From positions 124-64,123 of the forward strand of contig JBAZXM010000001.1 of assembly GCA_041659845.1 (NCBI GenBank): a DNA stretch of 64,000 bases. Direction: 5' to 3'. A program made the position numbers and the translations under genes. The notes below the pieces were generated by a model. The model did no database searches. It was not told the DNA's origin and saw nothing but the letters and a program-made list of their open reading frames with translations. This DNA is from Minisyncoccota bacterium. GTDB taxonomy: Bacteria; Patescibacteriota; Minisyncoccia; Phycocordibacterales; UBA9973. Below are positions 44,579 through 54,078 of this stretch, piece by piece (positions within the stretch are counted from its first letter, which is position 1; each line of letters begins with the position of its first letter).

Positions 44579-45295
44579 TTATTGTCGACTCATTCGTTTT
44601 AGTTTTTCAAACAAGAGCATAATCATAATTGTTACCACCCATAGGAATCCAAAGACGTTCAGGAAATTTTCTCCATTATCTTTCATTATAAAAAAGTTAA
44701 ATACACTATGCAAGGTGATTGCTGCCGCAAGTCCGAAGACAAGATGGATTTTCTTGGAAAACCAACCGTTAAAGTAAGAAAGCCCTAGGGAAATACCGAC
44801 CAATGCGCTCGATGTGGCATGCAGGAGTGTTGCGCCCAGAAAGCGCAAATTACCCGTAATCAAACTCGTAGTGGTATCTGCGGCGGCTAGTGGATGCATC
44901 AGGAATAGAGTATTCTCCAGAGCGGCAAAACCAAGCGCAGTTGCGATAAAGTAGATAGGGTAGTCGATAGGCTCATTGAGTTCTTTACTGCGCAATGCGA
45001 TCAGGCCAACAGCTAGATATTTTGCCACTTCTTCAATGGATGCCCAGATTACAATTAGCATATTTTTGTCGTCGAGCAAACTATTCGCAAATTTTTCAAG
45101 TGGGAGGACGAGCATCACTGAAAGCGCTCCTAATATAAAGGTGATTACGATAAGCCCGAGAGGCTCCGGATGTTCACGATCTTCTCGCAGCCAAAACCAT
45201 AACCAGAGCAGCGCCGGAACGAGGCCAAGTAAAAAAGCAGTAGCGAGGTTTTTCAAAAAAACAGGATCCGAAAATTGGTTTATTGCGTCGGCCAT
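44579..45295 (-). CDS. prsW: PrsW-family intramembrane metalloprotease
   Basis: IEEVAKY (EExxK), FAALENTLF, HATSSALVG, HSVFN motifs in multi-TM protein. Confidence 0.65.
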   Translation of the reverse strand: MADAINQFSDPVFLKNLATAFLLGLVPALLWLWFWLREDREHPEPLGLIVITFILGALSVMLVLPLEKFANSLLDDKNMLIVIWASIEEVAKYLAVGLIALRSKELNEPIDYPIYFIATALGFAALENTLFLMHPLAAADTTTSLITGNLRFLGATLLHATSSALVGISLGLSYFNGWFSKKIHLVFGLAAAITLHSVFNFFIMKDNGENFLNVFGFLWVVTIMIMLLFEKLKRMSRQ

Positions 45296-47517
45296 TTGGT
45301 TGCGATCAATAGGTTATCATTTTCATTTTTAATCATCGACCATATTTCTTCGGTAACGAATGGCATAAAAGGGTGGAGCATGATGATATTCGTTTTTAAA
45401 ATTTTTTTAAGCGTCCATGCTCGGGAAGTTTTTTCTTCTTCGGTGCCTGTTTTGAAAACTTCTTTGCTTTCCTCTAAAATAATATCGGCGAATTCACTCC
45501 AGCTATAATGATAGAGTTTTTCTCCTGCGAGATGGAATCGGAATTCTTCTATGTCTCCCGTAATTTCTTTGGTGAGCTCTTCTAATCTGTCTATAAGTTT
45601 TTGATCTTTATCGGTGATTTTTGGTTTTTGTGACCCGTCTGCGCTGGCAGGAATTTCAATTCCATCAATACTTGAAAGTACGAAGCGCGTGATATTCCAA
45701 AGTTTGTTTGCAAAATGTTTGTAGCCTTTGATTTTATCTTCCGAAATTCGCATATCAGTGCCTGGAGTATTTCCGATAATCAACGCAATACGACCGGCAT
45801 CTGCACCGTATTTTTGCGCTATTTCTACAGGGTCAAGAGCATTACCGAGAGACTTTGACATTTTTTGTCCCTTCGCATCTCGGACAAGTCCACTTAAATA
45901 AACAGTATGAAATGGAACAGTCCCAAGTGCGTAGCCAGTCATGAGTACCATGCGCGCAACCCAAAAGAATAAAATATCGTAGCCGGTTTGGAGTACGTTT
46001 GTCGGGTGATAGATTTCCAAATCCTTAGTCTTTTCGGGCCAGCCGAGGGTTGAGAAAGTCCAAAGCCCAGAGGAAAACCAAGTATCAAGAGTATCTTCAT
46101 CTTGGATCCAACCTTCACCTTCCGGTGTCTCAACTCCGACATGAATTTCCTTATCTTTATACCAAACGGGAATACGATGGCCATACCAAATCTGGCGCGA
46201 AATGCACCAATCTCGCAGATTTTCAATCCAGTGAAAATATGTTTTATTGAAATGCTCTGGGATAATTGCTGTCTGTCCATTCTCTACAACTTTTTTCATA
46301 ATCTCTTTGAGAGTCGTCTGTGATCCGCTTTCAATACCTTTGATTTCAGAATGTGGAAGTGTGAAAGATTTATTCACATCGATGAACCACTGCAGTTTAG
46401 GCAAAGGTTCGATAATTCCGCCAGTGCGCTCGGCAGTAGAAATATTTTGATTAGCTTCTTCCTCTTTTTCAAGCAAACCTTCGCTACGGAGCCATTCAAC
46501 GATTATTTCTCGAGCATCAGTTGTTTTTTTACCCAAGATTCGTTCATCACCAATCATCATTTTTGCGTATTCATTTATGACTTGCGGGCGAGGCAGATCA
46601 TGACGGTCGGCAATTTCCCAGTCGATCATTGAGTGTGAGGGTGTGACACCGAGTGCTCCAGTGCCGAAATCTTTTTCCACAGATTCATCGGCAATAATCT
46701 TAATTTCAAGCGGAACTCCACAGAAATCCCTTACCCCATAGGTCTTGCCTATGTATTCTTTATAGCGCGGATCATCAGGATGCACTGCCACAGCCGTATC
46801 GCCGATTTTAGTTTCGGGGCGAGTGGTGGAAATAGAGATAGGGAAGTCGTGTGAATATTTGAAAGTATAAAGTTTCGATTTGCGTTCCTCATAGACAATT
46901 TCATCATCAGCGATTGTCGTTTGACCTTTCGGGTCCCAATTTACAATGCGATGCCCGCGGTAGATAAGCCCATCTTCGTGCATTTTTTTAAACATCGTAT
47001 ATACGGCTTTTGTGCGAGTTTCGTCAAGTGTGAATGCTTCTCGAGACCAGTCACAAGAAGAGCCTATGGCGCGAACCTGCGACGTGATGGTGTCGTGCGA
47101 TTCTTGGGCAAATTCTCTAACTCTTCTGAGTAATTCTTCACGGCCTAGATCATGACGTGATTTTCCTTCTTTCTTTTGAATTTCTTTTTCAACTTTCGAC
47201 TGCGTAGCGATTGCCGCATGGTCGGTTCCAGGGATCCAAAGTGTGCGGTCGCCCTTCATGCGGTGGTAGCGGATCATAATGTCCTCAAGTGTGAGCATGA
47301 GAGCGTGCCCCATATGAAGAACTCCTGTGACATTAGGTGGAGGCATGATTATCGTGAAAGGCTTTGCATCCTCTTTCGTCACGCCCTTTTCAATACATAT
47401 ATCAGGATTGAAAAATCCAATTTCCTCCCATATCGCATAAATTCGCCCTTCCGTTTCGGCGGGATTGTAGGGTTTCAATAATCTTTCATCAATTTGGGGA
47501 AATTCCTTCTCATTCAT
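45280..47517 (-). CDS. valS: Valyl-tRNA synthetase, compact (745 aa; no C-terminal coiled-coil)
   Basis: PPPNVTGVLHMGHA (HIGH), KMSKSLGN, editing domain present. Confidence 0.9.
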   Translation of the reverse strand: MNEKEFPQIDERLLKPYNPAETEGRIYAIWEEIGFFNPDICIEKGVTKEDAKPFTIIMPPPNVTGVLHMGHALMLTLEDIMIRYHRMKGDRTLWIPGTDHAAIATQSKVEKEIQKKEGKSRHDLGREELLRRVREFAQESHDTITSQVRAIGSSCDWSREAFTLDETRTKAVYTMFKKMHEDGLIYRGHRIVNWDPKGQTTIADDEIVYEERKSKLYTFKYSHDFPISISTTRPETKIGDTAVAVHPDDPRYKEYIGKTYGVRDFCGVPLEIKIIADESVEKDFGTGALGVTPSHSMIDWEIADRHDLPRPQVINEYAKMMIGDERILGKKTTDAREIIVEWLRSEGLLEKEEEANQNISTAERTGGIIEPLPKLQWFIDVNKSFTLPHSEIKGIESGSQTTLKEIMKKVVENGQTAIIPEHFNKTYFHWIENLRDWCISRQIWYGHRIPVWYKDKEIHVGVETPEGEGWIQDEDTLDTWFSSGLWTFSTLGWPEKTKDLEIYHPTNVLQTGYDILFFWVARMVLMTGYALGTVPFHTVYLSGLVRDAKGQKMSKSLGNALDPVEIAQKYGADAGRIALIIGNTPGTDMRISEDKIKGYKHFANKLWNITRFVLSSIDGIEIPASADGSQKPKITDKDQKLIDRLEELTKEITGDIEEFRFHLAGEKLYHYSWSEFADIILEESKEVFKTGTEEEKTSRAWTLKKILKTNIIMLHPFMPFVTEEIWSMIKNENDNLLIATKWPTQ

Positions 47518-47548
47518 GCTTTAAAATATAGCATTATTTCAAAGCTTT

Positions 47549-48814
47549 TTAAAGTGATAAATTTCCCTTAGCTTTGATTCCAGAAATTGAATGTTTTTTC
47601 TTTTTTAGATAGGTGAAATATCCTGCCATGGCTATCATAAGAGAATTGTCGGTGGAAAGGCCTTTATCAGGGAAGTAAATCTTCAACTTGGGAGCTGAGC
47701 TCCCGAGTGATTTTGCGAGAGATTCTCGGATGTGGGTGTTGGCAGAGACGCCTCCACCGACGATGAGCATTTTCGCCCCATATTTTTCAATCGCGAGCAT
47801 TGTCTTTTTCATTAACACTTCTGTCACAGAATCTTCGAATTCGCGTGCTATTTCTTTTTTTATTTCTTCCGTTAATCCCTTTGGTGTCTCGTTGATTTTT
47901 TGTATCAAATAAAGAACCGCAGTTTTTAATCCGGAAAATGAAAAATCAAAATCTTTCGTATGGATCATCGGTCGGGGGAGGATATTAGGAAAGAGTAGGT
48001 TCTGAGGGTACGCAATTTTCTTGCTAGAAAATTGCTCAGTCCTCGCGTCAGTCGCGCTGTGGGGTCCCTCAGAACCCACTCTTTCCTTTCTAGATTCCGC
48101 GGCAAGGCGGGAAATTTGCGGTCCGCCGGGGTATGGGAGCCCAAGCATGCGTGCGACTTTATCAAACGCTTCACCGACAGCATCATCACGCGTCTCGCCG
48201 ATTTTTTTATATTTCATCCAGTCTTTTATCAGAATAAGCTCAGTGTGCCCGCCTGAAATAAGTAGTGCGATTGCGGGTAGGGGGAAATCTTTCGTATTTA
48301 CATTTTTGCCATCAGTCGGTAGAACAGAAAGAATGTGACCCTCCATATGATTAACCGGAATAACAGGAATATCCCATGCAGAGGATAGCGATTTGGCGAA
48401 ATTAACCCCGACCCACAGTGCTGGTTCGAGTCCAGGGCCATATGTGACTGCAATGGCATCAATCTTTGGTTTTTTGATTAAAGGAATATATTCCAGTAAA
48501 TCTTTCAATAATTCGGGCTCACGGTCTAAAATTTTCGATAATTTTCTCTCTTGTTTTTTATCTGATACTTTTTTCTTGAGAGGTTTTTCCATCTTTGCTT
48601 CTGTAAGAACTCTTTTCAAGATTGGAATGCAAGCCTTCGTGTGCTCGCGCTTAGCGACAGCAGGGAAGACGCCTCCGTATTGCGCATGGAGGCTAGCCTG
48701 TGAAGCGATTTCATTCGCCAATACTTTGAATTTGGGTGTTTTGACGGTACCACTCGCTTCTATGATTGAAAGCGCGGTTTCGTCGCAACTAGTTTCAATA
48801 GAGAGAATTTTCAT
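47549..48814 (-). CDS. tsaD: tRNA N6-adenosine threonylcarbamoyltransferase TsaD (Kae1/YgjD), with ~50-80 aa lysine-rich insertion
   Basis: MKILSIETSCDETALSIIE, metal-binding HMEGH, GGGVSAN. Confidence 0.82.
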   Translation of the reverse strand: MKILSIETSCDETALSIIEASGTVKTPKFKVLANEIASQASLHAQYGGVFPAVAKREHTKACIPILKRVLTEAKMEKPLKKKVSDKKQERKLSKILDREPELLKDLLEYIPLIKKPKIDAIAVTYGPGLEPALWVGVNFAKSLSSAWDIPVIPVNHMEGHILSVLPTDGKNVNTKDFPLPAIALLISGGHTELILIKDWMKYKKIGETRDDAVGEAFDKVARMLGLPYPGGPQISRLAAESRKERVGSEGPHSATDARTEQFSSKKIAYPQNLLFPNILPRPMIHTKDFDFSFSGLKTAVLYLIQKINETPKGLTEEIKKEIAREFEDSVTEVLMKKTMLAIEKYGAKMLIVGGGVSANTHIRESLAKSLGSSAPKLKIYFPDKGLSTDNSLMIAMAGYFTYLKKKKHSISGIKAKGNLSL

Positions 48815-48886
48815 GGCTCTGATTGTAGCAGAAAATTTAAGTTTTTGCTTGTTTTGACTTTCTTCTTTATCGTGTTAGTATGAAAT

Positions 48887-49504
48887 ATGGAGCTTAAAAA
48901 ATTTAAAATAATGAAAAATGAAAAACTCATAATTTTTGCCGGGCCATCTGGCGTTGGTAAATCAACTATTAGTAAGCATATTCTAGAAAAGAGAAATAAT
49001 GAATGTGCCTTCTCAATATCAGCGACAACTAGAAAGCCTCGCCCTGGGGAGATTAATGGACAACACTACCACTTTCTTTCTGTTGAGGAATTCAAGCAAA
49101 AGATAAAAGAGAATGCCTTTGCTGAATATGAGGAGGTTTATGAGGGAATTTTCTATGGTACTTTCGTTTCAGAAATTGAAAGTATTTTTGCGATTGGAAA
49201 GGCTGTCATCTTTGATATCGATGTCTATGGAGCTCTTAATCTCAAAAATAATTATGGAGATAATGCATTAACAATAATTGTTACTCCTCCTACACTGGAT
49301 GACCTCAAGAAACGCCTAACTGCTCGTGATTCAGAAACTGAAGAAAGCCTTAAAAAGCGTCTTGATAAAGCAGAAGAAGAGCTTTCTCATCATGGTGAAT
49401 TTGATCAAGTAATTGTCAATGCCGACGGTTCTGTTGAGCTTGAGAAAACTCTTGCAAAATCATTGAAAATCGTCGACGAATTTCTTGCCTTAAAATTGGC
49501 ATAA
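48887..49504 (+). CDS. gmk: Guanylate kinase
   Basis: IIFAGPSGVGKSTI P-loop, SATTRKPRPGEINGQHYHF. Confidence 0.88.
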   Translation: MELKKFKIMKNEKLIIFAGPSGVGKSTISKHILEKRNNECAFSISATTRKPRPGEINGQHYHFLSVEEFKQKIKENAFAEYEEVYEGIFYGTFVSEIESIFAIGKAVIFDIDVYGALNLKNNYGDNALTIIVTPPTLDDLKKRLTARDSETEESLKKRLDKAEEELSHHGEFDQVIVNADGSVELEKTLAKSLKIVDEFLALKLA

Positions 49505-49508
49505 ATCA

Positions 49509-49545
49509 AAAAGCCAGAACGCGTACGCGTTCTGGCTTTTATTTT
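49509..49545. terminator. Bidirectional terminator shared by gmk (+) and tRNA-Val (-)
   Basis: aagccagaacgcg ta cgcgttctggctt flanked by A/T runs. Confidence 0.75.
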
Positions 49546-49622
49546 TGGTGCGCGGTGAGGAATTCGAATCCCCGGCCTACCCCACGTCAAGGGGTCGCTC
49601 TAACCAGCTGAGCTAACCGCGC
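49546..49622 (-). tRNA. tRNA-Val (anticodon GAC), CCA encoded
   Basis: GCGCGGTTAGCTCAGCTGGTTAGAGCGACCCCTTGACGTGGGGTAGGCCGGGGATTCGAATTCCTCACCGCGCACCA on minus strand. Confidence 0.9.
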
Positions 49623-49733
49623 ATATATACTCAAAAATCTTACACAAAAATTGTCTTTTTCGCAATGTTTTGACTTATTTTAGATAAAGGAACATACTTT
49701 TTGCAGACACATTTAAAAGAAAGGAGGTGTTCA

Positions 49734-50156
49734 ATGAAACATGTATATATAACAACCTATGATGATGAAGAATTTGAGAAAACAGCGCATTTAGCTAGCT
49801 TCAGGCCACTACTACACATTGCTTTCTTGTCTTCGACCATTGAAAAAGTTTGGGATATTAAAAAGCTCTACTGTCTTCCGATGAGGGAAAAAATATTTAA
49901 GGAAGATCTTAAAAATCCGATGTTTGAACAAGCCTTGAGAATAATTTGTAAAGAAATTATCGCTGAGATTTCAGATGATTCTTATATTATTTTCATAGTG
50001 CCGAACATTTTAAAAGAAATCATTATTGATTTATTCACGAAAGAGAATATTGAGACACATGATGAATCTTTTAATAAGGAATATCATGATCTAATGAAAG
50101 GATTTAAGGCATGGAGATGGCCTGTCGAAAATCCTAACGGATATCTAAACAATTAA
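49734..50156 (+). CDS. Small hypothetical protein, member 1 of a tandem array of 4 (starts MKHVYITTYDDEEF; AAGGAGG RBS 49721..49727)
   Basis: ORF + RBS + own terminator (50154..50180 aaaaaagccc ttttg gggcttttt). Confidence 0.55.
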   Translation: MKHVYITTYDDEEFEKTAHLASFRPLLHIAFLSSTIEKVWDIKKLYCLPMREKIFKEDLKNPMFEQALRIICKEIIAEISDDSYIIFIVPNILKEIIIDLFTKENIETHDESFNKEYHDLMKGFKAWRWPVENPNGYLNN

Positions 50157-50240
50157 AAAAGCCCTTTTGGGGCTTTTTATTATTTTGACTTTTTATATTG
50201 GAAGTGCATAATGTGTTTAACTGTTCTAAAAAAATAAATC

Positions 50241-50765
50241 ATGAAAAGAGATATCATCATTGTAACATATGGCGATAAATTTTTCGCCAATGTTTATACC
50301 AAGAATGCCAATATTCAGCCAGCTCTCGTATTAATTAGTAAGGAAGCTTTCAGTTATATGGAAAAATTTCATAATAGAGATGAAGCAATAGGTTTGATAA
50401 CTGATCAGCAGATAGAATACGAAAAAGCAGCTGGTGATGAAGATACGCAGGATATTGATGTGATCAATAATTTGATACAGCAAGCCTTTGACGACCTAGG
50501 TCGTTCATGCGTAATACTTGCGGTAGATGCTGATGTTGCTGAGGATTTTTTGAAAGTATTTGATCCTGAGATATTTGGAGCAACCCTTTATAAGGAATTT
50601 ATTATTTTTAAAAAACGCAAAGCAAAATCAGGAGAAATTTTCGTTCTCACTTCCAATGAAGGTTCAGCCAGTAATGGTTCTGAATTTTATTATGATCTTG
50701 TTCCTATGAAGGATTATATTAACGAAGACCCTACTGGTGAACAAAATAATCCTTCTCAGAATTAA
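50241..50765 (+). CDS. Small hypothetical protein, array member 2 (MKRDIIIVTYGDKFF...)
   Basis: ORF with own terminator (50764..50789 aaaagccgca tatt tgcggctttt). Confidence 0.5.
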   Translation: MKRDIIIVTYGDKFFANVYTKNANIQPALVLISKEAFSYMEKFHNRDEAIGLITDQQIEYEKAAGDEDTQDIDVINNLIQQAFDDLGRSCVILAVDADVAEDFLKVFDPEIFGATLYKEFIIFKKRKAKSGEIFVLTSNEGSASNGSEFYYDLVPMKDYINEDPTGEQNNPSQN

Positions 50766-50860
50766 AAGCCGCATATTTGCGGCTTTTTAGTTCCCAATAT
50801 TGCTTTTTTCCTGGCAGGTGTATACTTGACGTAAGTATCGTTTATTTACATTTTAAAAAT

Positions 50861-51325
50861 ATGGTCATGGAAAGTTTGATTTTAGTTGTTGTAACCTATG
50901 CTAATAAAGAGGTTGTGAAGAGATATAAGATGGATTTAGTTTATTTTAGCAAAGAAGTCCGGAGTCTGCTGAGGGGAAAACATTCATGGTTTTTTGCCTC
51001 TGAGAATTTATGGATACAATCTAAAACTGGCAATACGGATCAAGAAGTTGCGGAAAAAGTTGTGATGGGAATAAAATCATCAAGAATAGCATGTCTTATT
51101 TGTCCGCATCATCGCAAGGAAGAGCTTGTTGCTAAAATCCAAGAGCTTGCATCAATTGAGATTTATGATAGCGAGTTTCCTTTGAATGAATCTGTTTCCG
51201 AAAATGAATTATATATAGTCAAATTTTTTTACAACAAAGGAAAGTTAAAAAAATCAATCGCTTTCCGACTATTATCATTTCGCCTCGGCTTGCCGCTTCT
51301 CGGAGCTGATCCAGGAGAAAATTAA
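50861..51325 (+). CDS. Small hypothetical protein, array member 3 (probable start MVMESLILVVVTYANKE; track start 50777 lies inside previous terminator)
   Basis: ORF with own terminator (51325..51350 aaccctgc tttttg gcagggtttttt). Confidence 0.45.
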   Translation: MVMESLILVVVTYANKEVVKRYKMDLVYFSKEVRSLLRGKHSWFFASENLWIQSKTGNTDQEVAEKVVMGIKSSRIACLICPHHRKEELVAKIQELASIEIYDSEFPLNESVSENELYIVKFFYNKGKLKKSIAFRLLSFRLGLPLLGADPGEN

Positions 51326-51480
51326 CCCTGCTTTTTGGCAGGGTTTTTTATGTTACCTTTTTTTATCTGGGTATATACTATATTGATCCGAAAACCAATT
51401 AAAAACCCTCAATTTTTTTTGGTTTGTTTTTTCCTGAAATGAGTGCATACTAGGCAAAATGTTTCTTAAAACAAATTCTG

Positions 51481-51963
51481 ATGAAAAAGAAAACCATCTA
51501 TATAATCCCTTTCGGAGACCCTGAGCTTCCAGTGCTTTCAGGCTGTCAGACAAAGAAGCCGATGGCATATCTTAGGATTGGTGTTGGGATAGTACTTATG
51601 AGCGCTATCGACAGTTTTCATGCAGGCAATGAAGAGCAATATGATTTTTTATTTATTCCGGACGAACATTGGGGAAATAAAAATCATTTTGAGGTATGTA
51701 AATATTACAAATATCTAATTGCTGAAAAATTTGGAGATAGGGTTGATTGTTTATTTCTTTTTGTAAATCATGCACATCTTCTTGAACTAAACGTGTTTAT
51801 TGAAGAATTGAACTGCACATTACATCAGTCAATTTTCGACAAAACAAAAAAGTTGAATAATGGAAAGTTCTATATTGTGGACATTCGCCATAATTTACAA
51901 ACAGGAAAGATATCATCTAAATTACACGAATACATACCCAAGCGCAAAAAACCGGCACCATAG
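51481..51963 (+). CDS. Small hypothetical protein, array member 4 (MKKKTIYIIPFGDPEL...)
   Basis: ORF; stop codon inside hairpin terminator 51945..51976 (accggcac cata gtgccggt + T5) shared with tRNA-Ser on the other strand. Confidence 0.5.
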   Translation: MKKKTIYIIPFGDPELPVLSGCQTKKPMAYLRIGVGIVLMSAIDSFHAGNEEQYDFLFIPDEHWGNKNHFEVCKYYKYLIAEKFGDRVDCLFLFVNHAHLLELNVFIEELNCTLHQSIFDKTKKLNNGKFYIVDIRHNLQTGKISSKLHEYIPKRKKPAP

Positions 51964-51980
51964 TGCCGGTTTTTATATTG

Positions 51981-52067
51981 CGGAGGCGGTGAGATTTGAA
52001 CTCACGATACGGTTTCCCGTATGCTGGTTTTCGAAACCAGTGCCTTCAACCACTCAGCCACACCTCC
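51981..52067 (-). tRNA. tRNA-Ser (anticodon CGA), long variable arm, CCA not encoded
   Basis: GGAGGTGTGGCTGAGTGGTTGAAGGCACTGGTTTCGAAAACCAGCATACGGGAAACCGTATCGTGAGTTCAAATCTCACCGCCTCCG on minus strand. Confidence 0.88.
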
Positions 52068-52140
52068 TTATATTTACTCGGACACTCTATCATTTTTTTG
52101 CATTTTTTACAAAAAATGTTATATTTGATTCGTGTTTTAT

Positions 52141-52212
52141 GGCCCTATCGTCTAACGGTTAGGACATTGCCTTTTCAAGGCAGTAATCAGAGTTCGATTC
52201 TCTGTAGGGTCA
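52141..52212 (+). tRNA. tRNA-Glu (anticodon TTC), CCA not encoded
   Basis: GGCCCTATCGTCTAACGGTTAGGACATTGCCTTTTCAAGGCAGTAATCAGAGTTCGATTCTCTGTAGGGTCA. Confidence 0.88.
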
Positions 52213-52216
52213 CAAA

Positions 52217-52996
52217 GTGATACTTGGTGTTCAGAACATACTAAATTTATATAAAAAAGTAGGGGAGACACCACTTGAGTGTTTAGATAGATTTCGGCAT
52301 GAATATCCGGAATACGAGGGGATTCCTATGACATATGCCGGTAGGCTCGACCCAATGGCAGAAGGGGTGCTGATTGCTCTTGTGGGAGAAGAAGCGAAAA
52401 ATCGTGACCAATATACGAATCTTGATAAGGAATATGAATTTGAAGTTCTTTTTGGGTTCGAGACTGATACGTATGACATTTTAGGCTTGGTTAAAAATGT
52501 TCTGAATGACGAACCCACCCATCCTACACCAAGGCTTCGGAGGGCAAGCAAAGATAAAATAATTTCTTTGCTTGCGAAATTCAAGGGGACTATTTCTCAA
52601 CCATATCCGCCATATTCTTCAAAAACAGTTTCTGGAATTCCGCTTTTCGAGTGGGCGCGAAAAGGGAAGCTTGATGAGATTGAAATTCCAAAACGAGATG
52701 TGGAAGTTTATAATCTTGAACTGACAGATTCGAAAACTATTTCAAAAGATGAATTAGAGAAGAATATAATTGAACGAATTGGTTTAGTCAAAGGTGATTT
52801 CAGGCAAGTAGAAATTTTGGCGAAATGGGAAGAAGCTTTAAAAGATGCGCCAGATAACTTTGAAATTTTTAAATTTAAAATCTCATGCGGGAGCGGCACT
52901 TATGTGCGCGTGATTGCTCATGAATTGGGTAATGTGGTTGGGTGTGGCGCAATCGCATGGTCAATCAAAAGGACGAAGGTGGGGGATTTCAGCTAG
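52217..52996 (+). CDS. truB: tRNA pseudouridine(55) synthase TruB
   Basis: YAGRLDPMAEGVLIALVGEEAK (catalytic Asp in RLD), PUA-less short form. Confidence 0.85.
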   Translation: MILGVQNILNLYKKVGETPLECLDRFRHEYPEYEGIPMTYAGRLDPMAEGVLIALVGEEAKNRDQYTNLDKEYEFEVLFGFETDTYDILGLVKNVLNDEPTHPTPRLRRASKDKIISLLAKFKGTISQPYPPYSSKTVSGIPLFEWARKGKLDEIEIPKRDVEVYNLELTDSKTISKDELEKNIIERIGLVKGDFRQVEILAKWEEALKDAPDNFEIFKFKISCGSGTYVRVIAHELGNVVGCGAIAWSIKRTKVGDFS

Positions 52997-53089
52997 GTCT
53001 TGCCTAGCTAGGGATACTTGTTGGATGAGAGCTAATTTGATACTGTTACTCTTAGTTAAATATTGTTTTTTAACGTAAAATATAAATAT

Positions 53090-53962
53090 ATGAGTATGAA
53101 AATCGTTATTTCTGGAGCAACAGGAGAGCTAGGAGGTAGTATTGTCCTTGATCTATGCAAGCGCTTTCCGCAAGCATATATTCTTGCATTTGGGCGAGAC
53201 GAGGAGAAGCTCGCTCTGCTTAGAGAAAAAATTAAAAAATCTTTTCCGGATAGGCAATGGCCGGTATTTGTCACACAGGGACAAAAAATATCTAAAAATG
53301 ATACAGATCCCAATGGTGATATAAGCACAGAACAAGATCGTAATAAAATTTTTAATGCGATTGAAAAGCGTCTCGGCGGAGTTGATATGTATATCAATAC
53401 TATTGGATTATATAAATCTGACTCTAAACTTGATGTAAAAAGCGCTCAAGAATTACGCGAAACAAACTTCACTTCCAATGCTTCATTTACCGAAGAATTG
53501 ATCTCCAGATTTTCGGATGGCAAAACTCCGCTTGTGATTGCCGATATAGGCACGATCGGTGCTGTTGCCGAGCTTGTAAAAAAGCCGCTAGAAGGTACTA
53601 CCATCTATGGAGAATCCAAGGCGCGTCTTGTAGAGCACACAATGAATCTTGCGAAAAATCATGAGAATGTCTTTGCGCGAATCGTGCACCCTGGGCCATT
53701 CGGCGCATCTGCACAGAAAATCGCTGATGAATTCGGTGATTGCTGGGCGATGAAAACTGAAGATGTTGCAAACTTTTCTCTCGATTTATTTTTTGCTCCG
53801 AGCAAAGAAAAAATTGTGCAAGGTATAATCTGTGCCGAGCCGCACTTCTTCTGGGGTCACATCGGAGATATTGATATGCTTGGTATCGAAGGATTAACTA
53901 TGACTCATTCATTTAAAGTCCGGAAGAAGAAAAGCATGTTTCTCGTTCGAAAAGATAAGTAG
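53090..53962 (+). CDS. SDR-family (short-chain dehydrogenase/reductase-like) NAD(P)-binding protein (ATG 53090 or 53096; track start 53063)
   Basis: KIVISGATGELGGSIVLDL Rossmann motif, YGESKARL (YxxxK). Confidence 0.7.
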   Translation: MSMKIVISGATGELGGSIVLDLCKRFPQAYILAFGRDEEKLALLREKIKKSFPDRQWPVFVTQGQKISKNDTDPNGDISTEQDRNKIFNAIEKRLGGVDMYINTIGLYKSDSKLDVKSAQELRETNFTSNASFTEELISRFSDGKTPLVIADIGTIGAVAELVKKPLEGTTIYGESKARLVEHTMNLAKNHENVFARIVHPGPFGASAQKIADEFGDCWAMKTEDVANFSLDLFFAPSKEKIVQGIICAEPHFFWGHIGDIDMLGIEGLTMTHSFKVRKKKSMFLVRKDK

Positions 53963-53971
53963 ATTATTTGT

Positions 53972-54002
53972 AAAACTGCCTGAAATTTTCAGGCAGTTTT
54001 TT
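53972..54002 (+). terminator. Rho-independent terminator
   Basis: aaaactgcctgaaa ttttcaggcagtttttt. Confidence 0.75.
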
Positions 54003-54078
54003 ATTTGCATAAGTTGTAAATATGTGTTATTGTAAACTGGAATTTAAATAAATCACTTCATTTAAAACAAAATAAGTC

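Noticed and set aside
50777-50860. Long N-terminal extension of array member 3 (start 50777)
   Set aside because: The ATG at 50777 lies inside the terminator hairpin of the preceding gene. The Met at 50861 gives an N-terminus paralogous to the other three array members.
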